Shown here one piece after another: positions 1 through 10,713 of a stretch of DNA of 64,000 nucleotides. This DNA is from the human T2T-CHM13v2.0 reference genome, Homo sapiens, in the NCBI RefSeq assembly GCF_009914755.1, contig NC_060939.1, one strand, 5' to 3'. The first letter of the stretch is position 1; every line of letters begins with the position of its first letter. The notes under the pieces were generated by a model that did not search any database, was not told the origin of the DNA, and saw only the letters and a program-made list of their open reading frames with translations. The position numbers and the translations under genes were made by a program.

Positions 1-1279
1 AAGAAAGGCATCATGACACAGGTATACTAATATCTGTTTCAGAACCAGAGAGAACTTGAGACATCCTCAGAGTGCTGGGAGGGAGGTGGGTAAAGGGAAG
101 GGCATACGAATCTCCAGGAGAAGGCAATACTCAGGCTCTATCATATACCTGGCATCTGGCAGCAAATGTTATGTGTTTATTGACTAAGAAAACGAGCACA
201 GAGGATTTCCTTGACAGGTCTCACAGGTAGATTTTTCTGATCTAATGAGCCAATGAATTGGTTCTTCTTTAGTAACATTTGGATATTTTAAATTAAACTA
301 TTTTTTAAAACTCTGTATTTATTTTAAATATGAGGCTAGGACTTTGACTTTGTGATCATTCTCGGTATCCAGCCTGCCAGATCAGTTTTCCTCGCCACTC
401 TAGAGCAATCGAGCTCATGATAGAGATGTGAAAATCCATGTCCACATATGGTCAGACAAGCCTGGTACGCAGAAGGACATGGCGAATTAAGAAGTGCATC
501 TGTCCCAGGCAAAATGCGTGCCCGGAAAAAGTGGATTATGTCCGAGCTTTAAGACACTGTGGTGTCCAATTTATTTATAATGTGTTTTCAAGGCAAAAAT
601 CCAAGGATGTGTAAATGTAAGGAAGGGAAGGAATAAAAGCAACATTTGAAACTCAACGAGCTCCAGATCATTTTCATCAAACTTATTTCCAGTCACTGTC
701 ACTCCCCCGAGCAGACATTTTTGTCACGAGGCACCAGGCCAATGCAGTCAGGTTCCTGACAGATTTCTTCATCAATCCAGGAAATATATAGTGGGCTATT
801 TGTGCCATCTGCCACCCAGGTGTCAGTCATTGAAAGGCAGAACAGAACCCGGGAATGGCATTTGGAAGATTGCTGAATGCTGCACTGGGAAAGAGACTGG
901 GAGCACATCAAGCATGATAATGAAAAGGACCACATCAGAAGAGCACAAAGGAGACAAAGACTTATGTTGAAGCTCTGACAAATGAGAGGAAATTCTACTG
1001 TCTCTCGGCCAATTGGATAAGAGTCTTGCTTTAGAAATCATAAAAACTTCAATATTTCTCAGGCATTTTGTAGTGGTTATTACACTCTTTATGTGTATAA
1101 GTATCTCCCTTGTAATAATATTTGCACACCCTTCTTTTTTGGAGAGAACACGAGGGAAGAAATTTCTGTTTGAGACATCCTAATCCTGACCTCATCTCAG
1201 CCTGTAATAAAAAAGCTTCACTGTATTTACCATCCTGAAATAATTATGATTTTCACTTAGAAATGTATTAAAGTCACAA

Positions 1280-1641
1280 CAGTAGTCCTCCCTTATCCAT
1301 GAGGGATATGTTTCCATACCCCCAATAGACGCCTAAAGCCACACATAGTATCAAACTCTAGAGATACCATGGCTTTTTAAAAAAAAATCTGATAGCCAAG
1401 ATGGTTACTAAATGACTAACAGGCAGGAAGGAAGCAAATGCCGTGTGGATCCACTAGACAATGGGAGGATTCACATCCCTGGAGGGACAGAGTGGGGCAG
1501 CGGGAGATTTCATCACACTACTCAGTACAGTGTGAAATGTGAAGCTTATGAATTGTTTATTTCTAGAATTTTCCATTTGATATTTTCAGATCAGGGTTGC
1601 CCATGTGTAACTGAAACCACAGATACAGGGAGGTGCCATTG
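1280..1641 (-). mobile_element. MER44A-like Tigger non-autonomous DNA transposon
   Basis: Begins cagtagtcctcccttatcc and ends in a degenerate inverted terminus (gatacagggaggtgccattg) followed by TA; ~360 bp; interior matches the reverse complement of recalled MER44 (ttgtttatttctagaattttccatttgatattttcaga). Confidence 0.8.
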
Positions 1642-3094
1642 TACTGCAACTCTTGCACAGTTGGTGTTTTAAGCACTGGAGTCTTGGGTTCTAAGAGGCA
1701 TCCATTTTACTTGCCTCAAGATGAGACTGTCTTACTTCTCAGTTTGGAAGGCTTAATACAGGCCACTGAGTTTTCACACAAGGTGGGCCTATAATGGAAC
1801 TGCACCCAATGTCATAGAAGAGGTCATTGTTTTGTCTGTCTTTGTATACTGCTCAAGTATCTGTGTGACTGGTGCCGTTGTGGGTCTCAGCTATACTTAC
1901 CCTGTCTTTAGCACTGGATCACGACAAAGGAGTGTAGTTGGTAAAATTTCCCATTGGTATCATTCTACCTTTTTAGTGCTGCTTCTGCTTTTGAAGGGGC
2001 TCTGTGTTTCCTTCCCTCCCTAACCCCTACCTGTCTCTTGCCTTCCACTCAAGTTGCTACCTGTTGCTTGATTCCAACAAAACCTAACCTGGGGCTTAGG
2101 AGCATTCATAAGGACTTGAGTTGTGTTTCTCAAACTTGAGTAATATGTGTTTCCTTTTAAAGAGTAAAACAAAATACTTCCAGATCTTGAAAATTAACTG
2201 TAATGATTTTTGCTACTTAAGTATGTATGAGCATAAAGCTAGGTATAATCTTCATCTGTTTATAACTGTTATACAAAAATACGACCAAAAAAATTTATAT
2301 ATTAAATACAAAGAAAAGCTATAAAATCAATAAAAGTCAAATTAACAACATTAATTTAATGTGATGGAAAAATCTGTTTTGCTAAAATCCAATCGACTGT
2401 CATGTTATGAATACTCTGTGCTATAGCTCAGGTTCTTGAGTTTGACCTACATATAAGTATTATATGTCCTGTGGTGACTATATAGCTGTGCAGGACAATT
2501 GTCATTTTGACATCAGGACAGGCCAGTATAAGGACATTCCCATACATTAGAAGAATTACAAGATTCTACTATATTTAAATGTCTTCTTTAATTTTATAAA
2601 TAATCTTGGAATTTTTAAGAATTCCATTCAAAACAATGACTATATTGGTGGTTACTTATAACAGATTTTCCTATTGTGTACTATTATTATTACTATTAAA
2701 TAAAAAATCTCTTGTTGAGAATTTATATGCCCTAGTTTGAGTTTCTTTTGTATCTAAATTTTTTCATGTATTTAATTATCGAAATAGAATGCAACAAATG
2801 CCAAATCGGAGACTTGTTAGAAACATCTGCATTTTTTTGCAACTCTATAGGAAACCTTACTCACTGCATAATTTATTGCATTTTTTTCCTTCAAACCTTC
2901 AGCAGTATTTTGTCTGTGTCTTCTCAACATCTTTGCTGATAGAGCAACACATTTGAGTTTATTTCCATATTGCTTTTCATGTTTTATTTCAGTCATTTTT
3001 ACTATAAAGAGAAAAACAGCTATTTACTCCAATGGTATATGGCTTCTTGTTTTGTTTTTTGTTTTTTTTTGCCATTAAGTAAGAAAACTTAAAG

Positions 3095-3236
3095 TCAGCT
3101 TTCATATATACATAAATCACAAATATTACATATATACACATATATAAATCACATTATACATACACATATATAAATCATACATATTATATATACACACCTA
3201 TATATTCATATTTTTATATATATACACATATATATC
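3095..3236. repeat. Degenerate (TA/CA)n low-complexity tract
   Basis: Runs of tatatacacatata seen directly. Confidence 0.8.
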
Positions 3237-3242
3237 AACCAT

Positions 3243-3420
3243 TAGAAAATTAGTATTGAAATAATTATAGACTCACAGGCATTTACAAAAATAGTCTAAA
3301 GAGGTTCCAGGTACCTTTCACCCAGCTTCCCTCAGAGGTAACATCTAACATAACTCTAGTATAACGTAAAATATCAAAACTGGGAAATTGGCATCAGTAC
3401 AACCTACAGGCCTTATTCCT
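3243..3420 (-). mobile_element. L1MC-type 3' end fragment
   Basis: gaaataattatagactcacagg...ttcacccagcttccc...aaatatcaaaactgggaaattggcat resembles an old L1MC 3' UTR in antisense. Confidence 0.6.
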
Positions 3421-3648
3421 TATGAAATGTTAGTAAAACTTTGTAAATACTGGCTTGAGTATAAATGACTTCTGTTACCAAGAAAACAAGTATAATGTGT
3501 CCCATGATCCAGGTGCGTAGTTAGTAAATGTTTTGGTGCCTATCAGGATGTTTTCATAGTATCCATGAGCTAATCCAGTGAGGGAAAACAGGCAGTTGGG
3601 ACGAGGCTCTTCACGTATAATAATGTAAATCCATGTTTCAAATCCTTT

Positions 3649-4287
3649 TGAGGGAGGAGAATAGGGTCCGGAGGCAGGGAACCTAAGGCTGTTTCATGCT
3701 GACTTCCTAGAACTAAATTGAAAGGAAAAACCTAACTTTGCATTCCTAAATAACAAAAAGATCAGGGGCTTTCAAGTCCATTTGACCTTTTCTGCGTTGC
3801 AGATGGGAAATTGGCTGTCCGCAAAAAATCATACTGAGTGCGGGTGGAGTCTTCGTTTGCAACTTTGTAACTTTACTCCAGCCTCTGAATGGTTGTTGTC
3901 CACAACCAATCAGACTGATTGACCACAGAGTCTTCATTTGCATATAAGTATAAATTTGTAACTTCACTTCAGCCTCTGGTTGGCTGCTTTCTGCAACCAA
4001 TCAGACTGATTGCCGGCTACCACTTCATTTACATGAGGTGAGCATGAAGTGGCCAATGGAAAACTTCTTGGGGATATTTGGACCCAAGAAGATTCTGTAT
4101 CTGGGCTCTTGAGCTGCTGCTGGGGTCCACTCCACACTGTGGAGTGTACTTTCATTTTCAATAAATCCCTGCTTTCGTTCCTGTGTTGCTTCATTCTTTC
4201 TTTGCTTTGCTGGGCGTTTTGTCCAATTCTTTGTTCAAAATGCCAAGAACCTGGACAGCTTGCAGTCATGAACCTCTACCAGTGACA
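3649..4287 (+). mobile_element. MER51A-like ERV1 solo LTR
   Basis: TG...CA termini (tgagggaggagaatagggtc ... ctaccagtgaca), 4-bp TSD CTTT at 3645-3648 and 4288-4291, internal repeats with CCAAT boxes, AATAAA near 4160; 639 bp. Confidence 0.9.
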
Positions 4288-4992
4288 CTTTTATTGATAA
4301 TTTTTGTTTCTAGGCCCTATTTTGTGCAAGCTGATTAGAATATGCTTTTTCAATTTGATATATGGCTGACAGTTTTTTTAGAAATAGAAAATGTGTCAGT
4401 TCTCTCCTTTTACTGTTTCATACAAGTACATGCATGATTAGTATTATCTTCAACCTAGTTTCTCTGCAGGAATCTTCTTTCTAATCACTTCATTTTTTAA
4501 GTATTTCACTACTATCAGATATTTATGTAGTAAATCTACGTAACTAGGTACATGTAAGTTACATAATCACTTAAGATAAAAGAATGACTGAGGCTTCAAT
4601 TCCTCTTGCCCTCTCTTTATGTTCAGGAGCATTGTCTCTTCATTCAGGGTTAAATACTTCAAGTGACAGCTGACCTATGACTTCCTTGTGAATAGATATT
4701 TAGAAAACATGACTTGAAGTTTAAACACTCAACTGATCCTTGTATCCCCTATTAGAGATTATAAACTCCATTTAAAATAAACTGACCTACAGGATATAAA
4801 TCCTTCTGGTTCCTTCCTTTCTAGACTCAGCTTTGAGTTTACATGTTCACAATACCAAACTACTGATAACTCACCACATACATCTTGATATTTCACAGAT
4901 CCTCTCCTGTATAAATGCTTTTCCATCCATCTGGAGTTTTCTTTCTTCTTTTACTGATTGAGAGGTCTTCTCTTCCTTGAAAGCCCAGTTCA

Positions 4993-5355
<363 letters not shown>

Positions 5356-6309
5356 TCATTAGGCTACAATCTATTTCATTATATCTCTACTTTTTGAAGA
5401 CTAAGAGTCAAGGTGTATTCTTCTTCTCAGTGTTTAGTATTTTGGACTACATTTATTTTAGACTGGGTCTTTCCCTCACCCCACCCCCCAAAAACAATGG
5501 CTTGTCTTTATCATGTCTTGATCATTTGGATCACAGGGAACCACTAGAAGAATCACAATGATGATGAGGGTCGGAGTATTTGCCAATACAATTTTTAACT
5601 ATGATTTTCAGAACTGATGCAACTGGAGAAAAGAATTACCTATAAAATAAATAACAAATTTTTCTAGGATGGGTTCAGTTTTCTGACTATTGTGAAAGAA
5701 TTTGGAGGACAATACACATTATTTCCCTGTAATATTCAGGATTATTATTTCCATTGTGAATTAACAACCTATTATTTTCTTATTCATAAAGGTACAGTGA
5801 ATATTCCCTGGGTATTTTGTGACCCTGCCTCCACAATCCCTCAGAGATTCTAACCTTTATTGCAGCCTGCAGGTCTGTAAATTATATTGTGTGGGGTAAG
5901 GGGAGGGAGGTGTCTCAAACTAGACTTTAAAAGCCAGTCTCTACGGTCCCATGACCTTTGGGAAATGAACCACAGCTTATACATTTCTATTTCTGTCCCT
6001 TCAGGAGGGTGCCAAGCTCTTGTTCAGGCAAAGGGGAGAGAAGATGCTTTGGGCTCTGCTTTTCTTCTCTGAGACTTGCTTCATAAAGGAACTATTAACG
6101 GGCTGAAGCTAAAATTTCTCTATTGCATTAGCCTGAGTATATAATAGCCACCCATTGTACCCTCTATCAAGTGCAAAATCAGATGCCAAGTTTTATGGTT
6201 GTTATCTTTTCATTGGTTGGGATTTATAAAGTGTTTGTCTCTGGTGCTCATGGGGGAGACAATATCTCAGATATCTCAGTGATCAAAAGAGTATAGTCAG
6301 AGGCAATGG

Positions 6310-6411
6310 GGAGTTAGAAGAAGAAACGAAGGCAGGACTTAGCATATCAGATACATGAGGAGTTAGAAGACAGGAAGGCAGGAGTTAGCATATCAGATAC
6401 ATGAGGAGTTA
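6310..6411. repeat. Two-copy tandem duplication of ~46-50 bp
   Basis: gaaggcagga(c/g)ttagcatatcagatacatgaggagtta occurs twice in tandem. Confidence 0.9.
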
Positions 6412-6516
6412 TGGTAGATGAAGCCTTGATTTGTTTTTCCTCATATAACCTGGTCCATACTTGGAGAAAAAAAAAAAAACCAGGAAGTAAGATAAAACAG
6501 GAAAGCCCAAACCAGA

Positions 6517-6556
6517 ATTGTATTGTATTGTATTGTACTATATGGTATTGTATTGC
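6517..6556. repeat. (TATTG)n degenerate pentanucleotide microsatellite
   Basis: attgtattgtattgtattgtactatatggtattgtattg. Confidence 0.85.
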
Positions 6557-6599
6557 AGAACCAAAAAAGATAAGACCACAGATGGGAATAGGCCCCAAA

Positions 6600-6822
6600 G
6601 AGCTGGAGTTGGCAGTTTGCTCTTGTCAGGTTGTGAGAAACAGCATTACATATCTGTTCCCATCTCTCCTTCAGAAAGTTATTTTGGTAAATTGAAACTC
6701 ACCATAGTAGGAATATTACACCGCTGCATGTGGGAACTGTTACAAATCAGGGCTTTTTTTTTTTTTTTTTTTTTTTTTTCTCCTTAAGAGCTGATTGTGG
6801 ACCATTTGCCAGGTCACCCCTG
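6600..6822 (+). mobile_element. MER63-like hAT element (degenerate, expanded T tract)
   Basis: ttgaaactcaccatagtaggaatattacacc...tacaaatcagggc(T)n...gagctgattg...tttgccaggtcacccctg parallels the MER63 copy at 7805. Confidence 0.6.
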
Positions 6823-6961
6823 GGAGTAGATTAAATTCAGATAACTATAAAGATATATATGGGATCAACAGGTCTATAAGAAGGACTTTCTCTTTTAGGT
6901 TGCTGTGCCTAGTATACATACAATTGCTTACTACTTGCATCATAATTCCACACTTCCTATC

Positions 6962-7430
6962 AGCATCAGCTAGAGTCCTGGCCAAAACAAAAAAATAGTG
7001 TATTCAAAAACTATTGAGTGAACTATGGGTATTCTGATCAAGGTTTAGGGCATGCTGAATAAAAACCAAAAGGATTAGTACAAATAACAATGAGGATCTC
7101 TTACTAGTTTTTAGCCTGAAGAAGGGAGAACAAGGAGCCATTATCAGAATCTGGGGACACAGCAGCTATGTACAGAAGTGTACTTGATAGGACTTGTGAC
7201 CTTTGGAAGAAAGATGTAATTAGCCTAAGGGAACCCCTGGGAGGGAGTCAGGGGAATATTACGATGTCACTCTTCTCCCTAAGAAATCTTGTCACTTTCA
7301 CCATTGGCCCAACCCAATGGTAAGCCAGAGAGCAACGGAGCCTGTTGGTGGAGTTCACACAGGTCTGAATCATAGGGAAAGAAGAGAGGTAGAGTGACTC
7401 TGGAGATATACATGGAAGATATCCGGTATA
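6962..7430 (-). mobile_element. LTR33-like ERVL solo LTR
   Basis: Reverse complement starts ccggatatcttccat...ctccagagtcactct and contains ggcttaccattgggttgggccaatgg, as in recalled LTR33. Confidence 0.7.
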
Positions 7431-7804
7431 ATACCCATGGATGTTGGTTTTACATCTCTTTCTGGTGTGTGGGTTTGCAACATGAAAGATGCTAGGTTTT
7501 CGAGAACTGCTTTTGCTGATTCATTACAAAGAGGCAGCTAGCAGTAAACTGTACGTTGCCCTGTCAAGGATTGAACCAGACTTTGGTTGTACAGCTGCTC
7601 TGGGTCCAAGAACTCATGTCACTTGTGTTGCTGTTTTCTCTAATTTGCAGGATAAGTGGCTACAACGGGATAAAGTGAATACTAGATATAGATGTTTTCC
7701 TCCTGAAGGAACTATCCACAGTAAATGGTTGATGGGAAGAACTGGTGCACTTTTCTAACTGGGGCTTCTCTGTGCTCAGTCTCTATTTCATGGTGGTCTC
7801 TGCT

Positions 7805-8011
7805 CAGTGGTGTGCTAAAGCAAGTTTCTACCAACTTTGTGAGAGACAAATGCTTATATGTCTTCCTAACTTCAGTTCAGTGACATCACGATGATAGCTT
7901 GAGATCTGCCATGATGTGACAGTTTATACCATGGAAATCAGCAAACAGTATAAGTAATTTTATTTTCTTCTCCACAAAGTTTGTTTTTAAAAATTGAGCA
8001 GCATACCGCTG
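7805..8011 (+). mobile_element. MER63A hAT MITE
   Basis: Termini cagtggtgtgct ... agcataccgctg; internal ttcagtgacatcacgatgatagcttgagatctgccatg; ~207 bp. Confidence 0.8.
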
Positions 8012-8249
8012 CCTGTGTATATGGAAATTCTGTATAATAAGTTACTGAGTAGAGTTCTATGAAATAATTTTTTGCTTAGGTCTCAGATCTGAGTTTCTGC
8101 CATTCTTGTTTTATTATTCTTCTCTCAAAATTTGATTTTTAGTTCCCCCCAAAATTTGAATTCTTTCCCCATGCAGAAGTACCAGCCCACTAGAGTATCA
8201 GGAAATTTATGGAGTGAAAAACCGTAACATATGAATAATTGTTCCTTTT

Positions 8250-8570
8250 TAAATATTTACTCTAAAATATGAAGGATTGTTGAGGCAAAGGCAATTAAGA
8301 AGCAAGTACAAAAAAGGTCCCCATTCTCCTTCTATTTTTCTGAAAGCAGGACATAGATTTAAAAATAAAAAAGGTATCCTGTCCCTTCACCTCAATCCCT
8401 ACCAAGAAGAATAAAGGTTAACCACTGAAGACAACTTTAGGCCCTTATCATCCTAGTGATGGTACCAGAGGAATCTATATTAGCAAGCTTTGCTAAATAG
8501 CCTCTACCTGCCATTGATTTGCCTTCTCACAAGTTGCTGCCCCAAGATACTTAGGGCATGACTTCTTTTC
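8250..8570 (+). mobile_element. MER34-like ERV1 LTR fragment
   Basis: aaaatatgaaggattgttgaggcaaaggcaattaagaagc...aaagcaggacatagattt...aaggtatcc resembles the MER34 family. Confidence 0.6.
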
Positions 8571-9444
8571 TTTTGTTTATTGCATCCAAATTTCATGGCC
8601 ATGCTCTTCATTGTTGCTCTCAAATAAAACTGTTATTCCACATACCCCGTTAAGAGTAGTAATTTCTTCTATTTTGGGAGTATTGCTGCAGTTGAAAATA
8701 ATTATGTGAGTATACTCACATAATTATTTAAAGCATTTGGAAATATCACTATGGTTATAAATATCTCTAATATTTTCAGAATATGGAAAGGCTACCAACA
8801 AATCTGGCAGAGTACAGTCTGTTAACAGCCCAAAGACTAGCACTTTCACATCTGTTAAATGCTCACAATTTTTAAACTAATATATTCATTCCAGAAACAG
8901 CAGAACAAAAAGATATCCTGCTAGGAGATTTATTTTCATATCAATATTTAAAATGCTTTCAATATTCACCACTTCACACTCACTAAATCTCCAGTGGCTT
9001 TTTGCTTCCAAGAAATCCATCAATTACAAACCAAAGAGAACATCTAAAAAGACCTATAAAATGGAATACACATTGGCAGACAGGAAGTCCAATGCTCACC
9101 AGAGAATGCAATTAGCAAAATTTTTTCCTAATTAATGCAACTGAATGTGTCACCATCTTGAAAATCCATATTTATTATTACCTCAAAGAGAGTCATTCAA
9201 TATGTAATTTTAGAATCTAGCCTTCAGAGGAAAGTACTCCTCATAATTAAATGATGAAGACACCAAGGAACATAAATAAAAAATTCACATGAAATATCCA
9301 AAATATAAACAAATTAAAAAATAAAATTATGAAAAAATATTGGCCTTATTAATAAAATTATGTAAAGTAAAAACAATATTTTTTTTGTCTTTCACATTAA
9401 TAGAAACATTTTAGTGGATAATATTGATGAATGCTATGGAAAAA

Positions 9445-9699
9445 TAATACTGTGTTTTGGTGAAAATCACAGTCTATGGAAGTCACACTGCCTGGGGACT
9501 TACATCCCAACTTTATTTCTAATTGTGGAATCTTGGACTTAATCTGGTTAAGCCATAGCTTCTTAACCTGTAAAACAGGAATGATTAGAATATGCCTTAC
9601 AGTGTTGTTGAGAAGATTTAAAAATATAATGCCTATAGAGCAGTTAGAATAGGGCCTGCCACAGGGTAAGTCCCTAGTGGTTGTCAATAATTATTATTA
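9445..9699 (+). mobile_element. MIR SINE
   Basis: Core cttcttaacctgtaaaacaggaatgat, then gttgttgagaagatttaaa...ttagaatagggcctgccaca and an attattatta tail. Confidence 0.75.
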
Positions 9700-10464
9700 C
9701 AGCTATGATGAATGAAGATGAGCTGTGGTGTGGAGGACAGTGAGTTAGGGAAAAAACACTTGCTTATTCAGTAATGAGAGAATTGGCATACATTTTCTGG
9801 AGAGAGGTTTACCTGTATGCATATAATTTATTTTCAAGAATATTTATTTTAGCATTATTTATAGAAAATCATGAGAAATGATGTATAAAAATGTTAATAT
9901 CAAAATCATTCAATGGGGTATTATGTAATCAATTGTACTTTTGAGTACTATTTAATATCTAAGTATATAATATATAAAAAAGCAGAATATAAAATGTGTT
10001 TCTGCAGCTGAATTCCTTAATGTTTGTTTAAAATATAAATTTTATAAATTATATGCACAAAAATTATATATGTATGCACAGGAAAATATCAATGTTAATT
10101 CATCACACTTGTTGATTTTGAATACTGTTATTATGGTTGATTTTTGTTGACTTCTTTATATTTTTGTGTTTTCTAAGATTTTTATTATGAGCATTAATTA
10201 GTTTCAGGATTAGAGAAAAAAATCTAGCGAAAGTCTCAATTGCTTTATATGTAATTAACAGATGTTCAAGTTAGAGCAGTTCTTGATAGTCTCCTACTCA
10301 TCTTTCTTTCCTGACAGATGCGTGCTCAATTAGATGCATATATAACTTCATGCACAACTGATGGCCTTTGTCATAAGCCTGACTGTAATTACCTGGCCGA
10401 TAATCCCAACACCAATTTAGCAGCCAAACATGGACATAAGTTATCTCCATTTTCAAGGCTCTTA

Positions 10465-10713
10465 ATAACTAGCATTTACTGAGAATATACTTTAGGCTAG
10501 ACATTGTTAATTATTTTGCATGCATTAGCTACTTTAATCTTTGTAACTATCCCATGAATTAGGTACACTCTTTTTCTATTTAACAGAACAGAGATTTGAG
10601 GCCCACCTAGATTAACTTGCCCACAGTTGTGAAAGTCCTATGACTGGAATTTGACGACAAATCAGTCTGACTTCAAGAGATTAAGCTCTTAACTCCTATG
10701 TATGCTAGCTCTC
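10465..10713 (-). mobile_element. MIR SINE
   Basis: gcatttactgag...ttaacttgcccacagtt...ggaatttga...cagtctgacttcaaga...gctcttaac is antisense MIR. Confidence 0.7.

Noticed and set aside
800-822. CTCF site (reverse complement gtggcagatggcac)
   Set aside because: Lacks the conserved 5' CC of the core motif; too weak to call.
699-935. 78-aa minus ORF ending ...SPLYISWIDEEICQEPDCIGLVPRDKNVCSGE as a terminal coding exon
   Set aside because: No protein family recognised, poor acceptor context, and the length is within chance expectation.
3746-4285. ORFs of 78-101 aa
   Set aside because: Entirely within the MER51 LTR; non-coding read-through.
6310-6411. CRISPR-like or prokaryotic repeat-spacer array, here or elsewhere in the window
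   Set aside because: Only two-copy duplications are present, and the window is clearly primate nuclear DNA.
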